From positions 40,868 through 104,867 of the forward strand of contig NIVC01003306.1 in NCBI GenBank assembly GCA_002269645.1: 64,000 bases of DNA, given 5' to 3'. Shown piece after piece: positions 1 to 12,735 of this stretch. The stretch's first letter is position 1; every line of letters starts with the position of its first letter. A program made the position numbers and the translations under genes. The notes beneath the pieces are model-generated. The model had not been told where the DNA came from. It saw nothing but the letters and a program-made list of their open reading frames with translations, and ran no database searches. This stretch comes from Macrostomum lignano (Eukaryota).

Positions 1-1492
1 TTGAGTCTCTACACCGCGGGTTGAATATAGTTCCATCAGCTCCCGTGAGGGACAGTGGGGCAGTGGAGGCCTCTCAAGATTTTGGCTCTTACACTACTCT
101 TCTGCAATGGCATCTTGCTGGACACTGCAAGCTAAGATAAACTTCGAATAAAACGTGTCTGTCTTGGCAATCATGGAAGCCAATTCAAACCTACATGGGT
201 AGTGTTGCAGGCCAGCATTGAAGAGGACGGAAGATAAACATAATTTACAGGCTAGAAATGTGTGCACTCAGGATAAACAGATCAAACTGGTGTTTATAAA
301 GTTTTTTCACCTTTCCAAACTGTCAAAAAGTTTGCACAGGCTGGGCCAGACACTGTAAGCGATGCGGGCATTGCGGAAATTACATGTACAGCGGCTTTTG
401 CCTGCTGACTTACGGACTCCTGTGAAGTGTACGTGTGAGAGCGTGTGCATGCATTTATACCCATTTCCAATATTAAATGCAAAATATCAGAGTCGCGTTA
501 AAGTCATGATTTGATGTTCTTCTTAAACGGGAGTGGAAAGCCAGGGGCTTGGCGCGGATCAGCCCGAAAGGGGGCTCTACCGCAGAGATCTGACTGGGCC
601 ATACTGCCAGGGGCATGTAGCCCGAGAGGCCACGATTGGGACCAGAGCTCAGGACTCTGGTGAGAGCATGTGTATTGGTGCTACTAACCCAAACCTACGG
701 TACAAGACACCGCCAACCCAATATTAGTGGAATCAGGGACGGTACAAGGACCGAGTCCACCCAGGCCACCACCCAGCAGACAAGTCCTCGGGAGTGCGCA
801 GAAAAAATTGGAAAAAGCGAAAAAAGCTTGGGTTACTACTGAAAGCGGTTCGAGAGCGGGGAAACCCCGAAGTCTACGGAAATGGCTTAACTATTGGAGC
901 GAGTCTGGAAGGCTTGTGTCCGAGGGCGAGTCTCCAGGCAGGAAGACCGTCTACCGGCTACAAACCCAAGGGTATCGCCTATCCAGCTCTATATTGGAGG
1001 CCAGGCCAAGGGGGCGGGAAGGGGCACAAGGAGCAAGAGGACCCGGACTCAGCCGCGGTATTCCCGATTCGGGACGAACTCATTCCCCAGGACACCAATT
1101 GATGTTACGACAGTAAACACGAAAAGGAAGTTAATGAATAAACACACAGATACTAAATACACTTGATAGTTCACTTAGGCCATCAAAACTACTTTCTGTT
1201 CAACGGTGCATGTATGAACGTATAAAGCAACATTTATTTATTCAACTAACTCCACTAGTGTATTTTGATTCACTGCCCAGCCCAGTCTGACCATAGCTAC
1301 AGTCGATAAAATATTTGGAAGCAGCAAAGTTGCACGCGCGCTTGACCGTCATTTTCTCCTAATATTTTTTCTATAATCAAGACACAAAATAAAGCAAATA
1401 TATGTCACTGGGGCAGAGAATATAGCAATTGCCAAGTTGGCACATAAACATAATAGCCATCAAGGGTATTTAGTATCTGTGATAGCGTAGTA

Positions 1493-2212
1493 CAGGGTGG
1501 TCCAGAAAGGTCTTCCGGATTACAAACAGAGTTTTCTCTGCACTGGATTGATGGATTGGGCTGAAACTTGACCTGCTTAAACTTTATTCTGAGTATATAT
1601 ATTTTTTAAAATCTTAGCAATTGCTAAAAAAATCATAAAGTTACAGCAGTTTTTCTAAAAAAACACCATTTTCACTTACTGATGTGCACATTTCATTCCA
1701 GCTTTATGACTTACATGCTAGTTGAAAGATTTAAAATGGCATCCTGGCTGGATGAATTGAAGAGTCCACTGTTGTTCCAGCGGCGATGGTATCGTGAGTG
1801 TCTGGGGATGGGTGAAAGACAATGTCTACCGACAGCCAGTGGACAGCCTGGATGAGCTTAAGGCACGGATAACGCAGGTAATGCCGGATATACCAGTGGA
1901 CTTTGCTGTCAACAGCCTTATAATAGCTTTTATGAAGCGCCTGCAGACTTGTATTGACAACAAAGGTCATAATGTGGAGCACTGACTAACAGCTGCATAT
2001 CAGATTGTGCTAAAACCCAACTGATTTAACAAAAAAACGGTGTTTTTTAGAAAAACTGCTGTAACTTCATGATTTTTTTAGCAATTGCTAAGATTTTTAG
2101 ACAAAAAAACTATTTAGAATAAAGTTTAAGCAGGTCAAGTTTCAGCCCAATCCATCAATCCAGTGCAGAGAAACTCTGTTTGTAATCCGGGAGACCTTTC
2201 TGGACCACCCTG
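1493..2212 (+). mobile_element. Non-autonomous Tc1/mariner deletion derivative with ~175-bp TIRs
   Basis: TA|CAGGGTGGTCCAGAAAGG at 1491 and CCTTTCTGGACCACCCTG|TA ending 2214. The inverted repeats span about 1493-1667 and 2039-2212. Internal ORF 1794-1985 (VWGWVKDNVY...LDELKARI...RLQTCIDNKGHNVEH) matches the C-terminal tail of Tc1/mariner transposases; the catalytic core is missing. Confidence 0.9.
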
Positions 2213-4423
2213 TATATTTCATTCCGAATGTATCACAGTGTATCTGCTGTGGGTTGAGCACAGCAAACTTAAAAGTACCTAATTGATCTGATGCATGACC
2301 CGTGCTAGCAGACACTACTCTGACTTGGACTACTGTGTTATTTGCAATTAACATTTTCATGTGCTTCGCTAGGGCCTGCAAGTGCAAAGTTGCAGGTGGG
2401 GTCTGCGATTTATCTGTCCAGCTCTCCAACCAACGCATGCAGTTCACACTGAGAAACTATAAGCGAAAGCGAAAACTTGAATAGTTAATTTACATGTAGT
2501 TCGCATATGCATTCAGCAGGTTCATCGGCACCTTGCGCTTTTATGACACAGTTCGGCTCTGGCAGTCCCCAGATATCGCATGGACACATTTTGCTGGCAA
2601 TTCGCATGGGCCAGCTTGATATTCTGTTTTGGCATGGGTCGAGGGTCGCTGGGTCAGATAAGACCTGCTACATGTACATGTACATGTATATTATTATTAT
2701 AACCCGTTTGCTCTGTGACGCACAACCATTTCGCTATAAACATGTACGCGCACTGGGCAAGCTCTTCAGAATGCCCTAACCGTTGAAGATCAATATGGAG
2801 TAAGCAAATGTTTTATGTCTTACATGTTCTGTAGAAGAGTTAATTGCTTCACATTTTGCAGCCTCGATGGGAAGCTAACCGAATCTACATGGCTGGTGCA
2901 GAATGCTGGTTTTTTGTTATTCTTTCCAATACAGAATTTATATCAATGTGGTAACATTTAAACACCAAGATCGAATGTATTCTATAGACATCTCATCGCA
3001 GCGAGTCACATTTAACCTTCAACTGCTTCAATACAATATGGCTGACTAGGTGTAGCTTCACTTATGCATAACTTTTCATGGCTTTCCATGGAAAGAGTCG
3101 ACGTACAGTACACAGATCTGTGTAAGCTTTGTATATCAGTGCTGTGATTTGATAGCGGTGCTATGCAAGCTGCACCATCATGTACTTTATAATCTGGCAC
3201 TCAATTGATAGATACGGGTCCACAGGCATAAAAATCCCCCAGGTCAGGAGGCTTATGTACGAGTCACCCGGGACACTCGGCAGAGGGTTTTGTATGGCGC
3301 CAGGTGACCCCAGCCGAAGCGTCTGTGTTGTGTTGCCGCCACTGAAGGTGTTCAACCGGACGCGATCCAAGTCTGCCATTCAGCAGTCAGCAGTCCAGGC
3401 GCTTCTATGACATGTGCACCTACACCGACAACCTCAAGGTCGACCTGTTGCTGTGCTTTGCTAATGTTTTGAACTGTTTTGATTGATTCAGTGTGCAGTG
3501 TGACCAGCTCTAGGCCAGCCGGCCTCAATGCACAATTAGGACAATAACGAAGCTGAGGTTTGAGGGCCGAGCCAGCAACCTGCTGTAAACGTGTGCCACA
3601 TAAAAGCCTCGCCCAGCAAATGCTTTGGGGGTGGCCCGGGAGTTGAAGGTTGCCTAAATGTAACTAAACGGCAAAAGAGAGAAACTGCTCAAGCGCTAAC
3701 CCTACCGCTAAAACCATATAGGTATTAATTAATTGCTTTGCATTGTACCTATGCGTTCTCGTTAACTACATGTACATGATCTTTGAGTTTACGTCCTACC
3801 CTGTTACTACAGTGGTCCTTGACTCGTATATGCATGTACACGCGGAAAAGAGCGCCGATTATGATCATGTGATGAGATTGCTTGTACTAATTTTATAATA
3901 CTGTACATATGTTGTAATTAAAGCATTACTCTCTCGTCCATCAAGTGAAGAGAAAGAATTGCAAGAAACAAAAAAACACAAAAAGAAAAGAAGAAAACGA
4001 AAAAGGTAGTACGAGGGTAGCAGGTAAGGTAGGAGAGAACTAAGCCGCTCGGCAGGTGTAAATGGAAGAGCTTGCGCCAGGGACTACTCAGTATTCGGGA
4101 CGGGAAACTAAAAAAGTTGGAGGCCGATATATTAATAATTTAGTCTCGAAAAGCATTACTTATACGACACGAGCTAGATAGGTTTTAGCAATTGTAGTCA
4201 GTGAGTTTGCGTCTGTGGTAAAAACCTATCCATGAAATCCAAGAAATCCAAGACTAAGTTATTAATTAAATACATCAGCCTCCAACTTCGTAATTTCCCG
4301 TCCTATTTATTGAGTATTCCCAGCTGGATTGCGCATGTTTGAGAGCGTGTGTGTAATGGGTGGCATGCCCGCGTCGATCCGTGCGCTCGTACACTCAACA
4401 ACATGACAAAACTTCAACCCGAA

Positions 4424-4768
4424 GGGGGCCGTGGCCCAGCGGTAGCGCAGCTGCTCTGGTGTGCCAGCGACCCAGGCTCGATTCCAAGTGCAGTCACATT
4501 AATCTCGGCTTGGCTCTGCTCGTGCAATTAACGGCCTTGAGAGCCAACCCCCCAAGGCGCAGTGAAGTGTACATGCCTAACGATAATATAAAGTTAGGGC
4601 CGCTGTACACTCCTGTGTGAGTGTGTGCCTGCGTACGTATCCGCGCGCTTGTGTGCCTGCTCAGGGGAGTCGGCGGAATGGGCAGTAATGCCTCTCGCCG
4701 GTTGTGTGCCTATGTTGCTTAAAGTGCGCCAGGGTGCACACAACCCCCTGCCTTTAATAAAAAAAATA
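4424..4768 (+). mobile_element. tRNA-derived SINE, copy 1
   Basis: tRNA-like head (GGGGGCCGTGGCCCAGCGG A-box; GGCTCGATTCC B-box-like) and A-rich tail. Flanking direct repeat CTTCAACCCGAA at 4412-4423 and 4773-4784. A second copy lies at 13914-14273. Confidence 0.85.
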
Positions 4769-6271
4769 AAAGCTTCAACCCGAAATCCAATGATATTAAA
4801 GCCCCTAAGTGATGAATTCATATATCGCGCTTCGGTTCTCGTCTCAACTGTGAGTGGTGCAATTCGCATCACAAGGCCCTAAAACATGTACATGTAGCTC
4901 AGGCTGGTGAGGAGAAAGTGGAGAGTTTATGGCTAGAGCTGGATAATGCCGCACTTACATGTACATGTATAATTGTCAATCACAGGTTTCTGGGTGGAAA
5001 CTTTAACATGTTGCTGAGTGCATGTGCTAAGGAGTCAGCCTAATAGCCATTGGCCGAGTCTTACCGCCCCTACGGGCACCTTACCGGCGAGGACAAGCGG
5101 GCATGGCACTTGGCTTTTCGTCGACCGGCGGTGATGCCGGCGGTGTTACGTTCGCGCCCAGACCCTGAAACACGCCCTGTGATCGACGTACGTTGTACTT
5201 GCCTCTCTTGACTGGCTGACAGCGTATTTTGTTGTTGCCTTACGCTGGTCATCGGATGTCGCCAAAGGCGTTGCGGTAGGCTGCCCCTCAAACCCTCTTG
5301 CAAATATAATTTTAAGTTTTGATTTTTATGGGTAGAGATAGATAATACATTTGCATTTCGTTGCTGTACCGGAAGCGTGTAAGCAACTTTTGATTTATAT
5401 CGAGTTTTTACGGGAGTGTTGCTTCAGAGTTTAATCCAATTTTCTTTCGTCTATAGATTGAATGGCGTGTGACTGAATGTTTTGACAACGAATCAAAGTA
5501 CTAAATAGCAATGGTTTAATCTATTAAATAATCAAACTGGATTATTGAAGGCCGGTGCAGTATATTGAAGGTACTTGGCTTTGGTGCAGATCAGACAGAA
5601 AATAGCAGCTAGGGGTTGAGCATGTACATGATCAATAACATGCCTACAGTCACAGCAATTGAAAATAATTGGTTATTAGTTGTTTTCTTTTCGGCTAAAT
5701 TTCATTGTACCTAAAAGCAGATGCGGCAGGACTCTGGCAGAGCAGCGTCCTGGCTCAACTGTCGGAATAAATATGTTAGAAGTGAGCTGGTATATCAATG
5801 CTGTAATGGAAAACAATTATTGGAAAGTTTGCCATAACCTCCAGCATAGAATAGTCTGCTCATACAGGTACCTTATGAAACCGGTCAGGGGGGAACGTGG
5901 CAATCAGAAGAAATTGATACAGCATAAAATCATGAAAAATCGTCACTCGAGTTTAAGCATGCCGAATCGATGTGAAAATTCCGTAAAAAACAATAAATTG
6001 ACAAAAATCGTTTCGTTTTCAACTTGTGGCACAATAAGAACTGGATTTAAAGTTTCAATATTAAGTACTGTTTGTTACAAAATTCTGAATATATAGTCTG
6101 AACAAAAGGCCATTATAAAACGGTTCAGGATTAGCAAAACGCTACGAATTTATGTTTAACTAAGCAATATCCGAAAAACAGTTGTAATTTCTTCCGAGTT
6201 CTGTTGTACCACTGCTATTGATTAAGAAAGAATCAGCGGAGCTTGAATATAACCATGTCACCAGTTGAGTT

Positions 6272-8860
6272 TCACGGCTGCGACAAGCCGGCGCCGATGG
6301 CGCACTTGCCGTTGGCGGCGCAGGCGAATCCGCGGGGGCAACAGTGGGAGCCGCCGGAACAACAAACGCCCTAAAGGTTGAGAAACAATTATAATACAAT
6401 ATCAGAGAGTTTTGAAACATTAAGATCTATATAAGCTACCAAGGAACTTACGTCAGAATGGCTGCAACACTTGGGACTGCCGGAGTCAGTAATGCAGCAG
6501 GTAGACTTGCTGCCGCAGTTAAGGCCCGCAGCGCAAGCCACCAAGCGCCTCTGTGCACCGAACATAGACAAGTGAGCTGATCCAACAGACTGTGATGGAT
6601 AATCAGCTGAGTGAACAGGCTCAGTAGTGGCCACTTGGTCAACCTCCGACACAGGAGCCATGCACTGGTACGTCTTTGGGTCGCACACAAGGCCGTTCTT
6701 GCAGCACAGCACTGAGCCAGAGAAGAACGTGCAACAGCTGGACAACTTAACACGGCTAGCAATGGAACCCGACTTGGAGCAGGTACCAGCAGACACATCG
6801 CACTTGTATCCGTTGGGGCAGCAGTGGACTCCGTCCCTGCAGCATGTGGCCTTCTCCAATGGACAGCAGCCATACTGACCTGACTGAAGCTTGCAGCACG
6901 TCGATCCGTCTGGGCACTGGCTCTGACCGTCGGGGCACACTACGGCGTCGGTCTTGGTCTTGGTCTTGGTGAGAGCGTGGACAATGCCTCCTTTGGAGCA
7001 GGTACCAGCAGACACATCGCACTTGTATCCGTTGGGGCAGCAGTGGACTCCGTCCCTGCAGCATGTGGCCTTCTCCAATGGACAGCAGCCATACTGACCT
7101 GACTGAAGCTTGCAGCACGTCGATCCGTCTGGGCACTGGCTCTGACCGTCGGGGCACACTACGGCGTCGGTCTTGGTCTTGGTCTTGGTGAGAGCGTGGA
7201 CAATGCCTCCTTTGGAGCAGGTACCAGCAGACACATCGCACTTGTATCCGTTGGGGCAGCAGTGGACTCCGTCCCTGCAGCATGTGGCCTTCTCCAATGG
7301 ACAGCAGCCATACTGACCTGACTGAAGCTTGCAGCACGTCGATCCGTCTGGGCACTGGCTCTGACCGTCGGGGCACACTACGGCGTCGGTCTTGGTCTTG
7401 GTCTTGGTGAGAGCGTGGACAATGCCTCCTTTGGAGCAGGTACCAGCAGACACATCGCACTTGTATCCGTTGGGGCAGCAGTGGACTCCGTCCCTGCAGC
7501 ATGTGGCCTTCTCCAATGGACAGCAGCCATACTGACCTGACTGAAGCTTGCAGCACGTCGATCCGTCTGGGCACTGGCTCTGACCGTCGGGGCACACTAC
7601 GGCGTCGGTCTTGGTCTTGGTCTTGGTGAGAGCGTGGACAATGCCTCCTTTGGAGCAGGTACCAGCAGACACATCGCACTTGTATCCGTTGGGGCAGCAG
7701 TGGACTCCGTCCCTGCAGCATGTGGCCTTCTCCAATGGACAGCAGCCATACTGACCTGACTGAAGCTTGCAGCACGTCGATCCGTCTGGGCACTGGCTCT
7801 GACCGTCGGGGCACACTACGGCGTCGGTCTTGGTCTTGGTCTTGGTGAGAGCGTGGACAATGCCTCCTTTGGAGCAGGTACCAGCAGACACATCGCACTT
7901 GTATCCGTTGGGGCAGCAGTGGACTCCGTCCCTGCAGCATGTGGCCTTCTCCAATGGACAGCAGCCATACTGACCTGACTGAAGCTTGCAGCACGTCGAT
8001 CCGTCTGGGCACTGGCTCTGACCGTCGGGGCACACTACGGCGTCGGTCTTGGTCTTGGTCTTGGTGAGAGCGTGGACAATGCCTCCTTTGGAGCAGGTAC
8101 CAGCAGACACATCGCACTTGTATCCGTTGGGGCAGCAGTGGACTCCGTCCCTGCAGCATGTGGCCTTCTCCAATGGACAGCAGCCATACTGACCTGACTG
8201 AAGCTTGCAGCACGTCGATCCGTCTGGGCACTGGCTCTGACCGTCGGGGCACACTACGGCGTCGGTCTTGGTCTTGGTCTTGGTGAGAGCGTGGACAATG
8301 CCTCCTTTGGAGCAGGTACCAGCAGACACATCGCACTTGTATCCGTTGGGGCAGCAGTGGACTCCGTCCCTGCAGCATGTGGCCTTCTCCAATGGACAGC
8401 AGCCATACTGACCTGACTGAAGCTTGCAGCACGTCGATCCGTCTGGGCACTGGCTCTGACCGTCGGGGCACACTACAGCGTTGACTTCTTTGTCTTGCTT
8501 AACTATGCAAGTTCCATCTTTAATATTGCATTGGTGTCCGAATGGGCAGCAAGTTAACTTATCAACACAGCAGGTTCCATTTTTGTATGGACAACAGCCT
8601 TCTTGCCCGGTGCTTAGAGAACACTTGCTCTCTTCGTTAGAACATCTATTACTGTGTGAAGTCGATGACTTCAGTGTTGGTAGTTGCAATGGTTGAGATC
8701 TTTTGATGGCAGGGATCTTTTTAAAGATCGGGATCGTGTCAGGCAATTCGTCATCAAAAAGAGGTCGTCGAATTGGCTTGTAGAGAAGGTCATGGGAAAG
8801 AACTTCGCTAGTAGCAAGAACACTTGCCAAAAGAAGTGAAAGAAGAAGACGACCGGGCAT
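6272..8860 (-). CDS. GRN: Progranulin (multi-granulin precursor), 2 coding exons, ~835 aa
   Basis: ATG at 8860 followed by a signal peptide (MPGRLLLSLLLASVLA). Exon 1 is 8860-6452; an 81-nt GTAAGT...TTTAG intron spans 6451-6371; exon 2 (6370-6272) reads GVCCSGGSHCCPRGFACAANGKC...* and completes the last 12-Cys granulin domain in phase 0. Content: one 10-Cys domain, eight C-C-CC-CC-CC-CC-C-C granulin domains, a half domain and the terminal domain. The ORF track's longer start (8968) and tail (to 6389) run into UTR or intron. Confidence 0.93.
6760..8480 (-). repeat. Coding tandem array, 8 x 219 bp (73-aa granulin unit)
   Basis: Anchor GACCGTCGGGGCACACTAC recurs at 6925, 7144, 7363, 7582, 7801, 8020, 8239 and 8458 (period 219). 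Confidence 0.95.
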
Positions 8861-11800
8861 GGTAGCCCTTAAAATCGAATTTTCAAAAAAGGGATCAAAT
8901 AAAAATAAAAATACGAGTAGCTTGTGCAGACGACAGGCGACTTCTTTTTTGTGTCTTTTAACGCACAATTACAAATAAGATTTTATCATGTAGATACATC
9001 TTGAATTCAACCTAAACACCCATTTTGAATTAACGCAATTAGAAACTGGGATTATTAACAAAATTTTGTTGTCAGCAACCTAAGTTCATTTTTAGTAAAA
9101 TTTGAAAGTTTTTATGCATGACTTTTTTAGTTTAGAATTTTTTCATCAAAGACAGCACTAGATAAACATGTATTTCTGGCTATGATATTATTGTCGTTAG
9201 CAGCATGATGCCACATAGTGGTTAGGTGGAGGTTTGTATCAATTTCAATTAGGTATTTTAATTCTGCGTCATAAAACTTTATCCATTATAGTTATACTTC
9301 TATACTAATTCTACGTCCTAATAAACGCTAAGAAGTAAGAATCAGTTGAAAAATGAGACAGTAATTTAATGACCTGTACTGTTCTGCAGGATAGGGTCCA
9401 ATGTTCTGACTTATGCCTACTAAAGCCAAACCCAAACCAAAAGCTAAAGCTTAACGCCTTGATTTATGTTTACAAAGTTTTTTGTTTTTTAAATCATTAT
9501 TATTTTGACATGTCATAATTTATAATCAGTAAGATAAAATTCAGAATTTAAGACATTTGTAAATGCAGAGAGGCATTATTTTATTTAAAACAGCTAGCAG
9601 AGCAGAGAGAAGTAACAAATCTAAGGTGGTGGTGGTGGTTTGCTCGTATGATATGGCATATGGTATGGTAGGCCACTAGGCCTATAGAATATAGAATAGA
9701 CACTTATTTGGACTATCAATATATGAATGTGCAGAAATTTCCTTTCAAAAATTCCAGAAAAATTTATCATCATAGCCTATAGGCCTACATATACCTGTAC
9801 TGTAGGCTTAGCTGTAGGCATTCCTTTAATCTAAATATACTAAATCTCTAAGGTTTGTATGCTTGAATGTCCATAACACTCTAGAGCTTGCAATTTAATA
9901 CTAGGTCTATAATAGGCCCTATAGGCCTACTTATCTTGACCTAGGGCCTAGTCATTGAAATTAGTTGGACCTAGGCCCTAAGAATTCTAGGCATAAAATA
10001 TGATAGACCCATAAATCTAAATCATTACATTATTTATCTGGCTAACCAACATGGCCTACCTGCCCTACTCTTAGTCTTATTTTTTAGATCCTATTACTAG
10101 ATTAAATTCATAGCTGACCTTATTAGCTTATAGCTATGGCTTAAGCCCTATGTTGAGGCTGAGCCATAGCAATGATAATAAATAGGCCTAGAGGCCTATG
10201 ACTTGACTCAAGATATATTATATAATAATAATATAAGTAGACCTTTTTACTTATTAGAGTCTAACCAAGATTAGATTTTTGTTTTTGAGCAAGATCAATC
10301 AAATAAAAATTTGAGATAAAAAATCAATCAATCAAGAATTAGGCCTAGAGATCAAGCTACAATTGTGAACTTATATAGTAAGAATAAGTAGGCCTACTTA
10401 CTTAGATAATTCATAAAATTTAGCCTAGGCCTCCCTATAGTATAAATATTAATTTAATGTCTTTGTCATCTTATATTATATTTTAGTCATTACTTGCAGC
10501 CATAGTCTATTGCTCTAGCAATAGTAGCCTTTGGTTCTTAGTGGCTCAAGGTCCTACAAGAAATGTTGGCCTAGCAGGGTGCCAAATGCCAATAGAGTCT
10601 CAACACTGTCAACCATATCTATCTATAGCCACATTGTAGAAAAATGCTTCAAAGCTAGCTAAAAGAGTTGCATCTTTAGTGTTGGCCATTGGCTATCTAG
10701 CCAAGTTGCTGTCCTAGCTCAACTTACTCACAGGCTATGCTCAGACTATTGCAACTTGACTTTCAATGCTAGTAGCCAGTAGGGTCTAGTTTCCTATGCA
10801 TAAATGATAAAAATATGTTTGCAGCTAGTTAGCAGCAACTATTTCAAGGATGTATTGGTTTCCCAACAGACATTCAGAAATCGTTCATTAAATGTTTAAC
10901 AAAATTGTCTATTTATTACGCAAGATATTGTGTATTTATAGAAACTTTTACGCATGTCTCTTCTTTAAAAAGACACCTCAGACACACACAAAGACGCTTT
11001 ACAAGCTGAGATATTCCCTAGCAACTGTTGTTACAACATTTCCCAATGTACCGAATAGTGTATATAGTAGTTTTTTGAGAAGTCACTACATCGCCCCACT
11101 TTGATCTTTCTGCATGAAATTTGCACAGCTGTTTTATGCATGTCTCTGCTTTAAAAAGACACTTCAGACACACACAAAGACACTTCATAAGCTGAGATAT
11201 TCCCTAGCAACTATTGTTACGACGTTTCCCAATAAACCAAAAATGTATATAGTAGTTCAGCCTGGACATTGCTGATCACTGATCAAACCTCGACAGTGGG
11301 CAAACCTCAACTACTAGGTATCCTCAGCTAGTCTCCTAAGCATTTAGTCATCACCCGGAAGCCGTCGGCATCTTCAACAGATGACACCAGGCAACTGTGA
11401 CCACCCTGATGCAAATTTCTCGAGTTTCGCCAATCAAGCCTTGACAGTGAGCAAGCCTTAACTTTTGGACACCCTCAGCTAGTCTCTCGAGCATTCTGTC
11501 ACCACTCCGACACCATTGGCACCTTCAACAGGTGGCATCAGATGACTATGGACATCCTTTTGCAACTATGTCAGGTTTTTCTTATCTTTTTGTGCTTCAA
11601 TAATGCGCAATCTGTAACTCCTGTTTATTCTCAGCTAGAGTCCCAAACAGTCCATAATCACCCGACATAATTATGTAAACATGATGAGGTAATTTGTTAA
11701 TTAAACTAAATTGAACAGAATATTCACAAAAAGAAAGCACTAAAAATTACCAAATTTTCTGTGTGGAATGAAGATAAAGTCACAATATAGAAAATATCCA

Positions 11801-12735
11801 AGCCTTCTGTCTTAAAAGTTACTATTTGTTTAAAAAAATCATACTTCTGGGTGTCTATGGTCATGGTTTTGTCTCTATGAAGGTGCCGATGACGGCAGAA
11901 TGATGACAGAATTCTTGAGAAACTATAGTTAAGGATGCCTAGCAGTTGAGGTTTGCCAATTATTGAAGCTAGATAAAAAATCTAGCATATTTGCATCAGA
12001 CTGTCCATAGTCAGCTGGTGTAATCTGTTGAAGGTAGTGTCCGGGTGATGAATGAATGCTCAAGAGACTATAGCTGAGGATGTCCAGCAGTTGAGGCTTG
12101 CCCACTCTGTCAAGGCTTGATCAGCAAAACTAGCTGAGAAATTTTAACAGCGTGTCCATATACATGTAGACACCTGTTGCAACTTGTTGAATGTCTAGAA
12201 GCTTTGTCTGGGTAAAGGCTAGTGACCAACAAAGTCAAATAAATCTGATGCAGACACATGTGCTGACAAAATTTGGAGACTTGGCAAGGCTGCACTGAGG
12301 TGCAGTGCTTATTGGCGCACAGGGTGTAATACACTAGCACTTATGGGAAAAATCCAACCATCTGCAGGCAGAATCATCGAATATCTCAACAGTCCAGAAG
12401 GCTGGCGACAACTTGATTCTTGTTCGAGGTGCATAGCAAAAAGTAAGCCCATGTTCTTGAATTTTGTGCGCCTGCGTTGCTCCATGTTGGCGCATAAAAA
12501 ATTATGTCAGGGGTGGGGGATTCCCTGTTCTACTGTTAATAATAGAACAGTAATATTATTATATAGTAATAAAAGGAATACAGTAATACGATCGTAATAA
12601 TCTTATTATCATTATTAATAGTAATAATTTCAATAATAGTATTAATAATATTGTAAAAATAATACATTCGGTATTTTTAGAAAATGTCGTAACAACATTT
12701 GCTAGGGAATATCTCAGCTTGTAAAGTGTCTTTGT

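Noticed and set aside
533-1166. Cluster of short overlapping ORFs
   Set aside because: No recognisable domain or splice-supported structure; possibly a repeat fragment.
2300-3660. Possible small exons (e.g. ACKCKVAGG...RKRKLE*)
   Set aside because: No coherent phase-compatible gene model or known motif could be built.
6448-8471. Alternative-frame ORFs over the granulin array (571 aa and others)
   Set aside because: Shadow frames of a stop-poor tandem repeat; no independent motifs.
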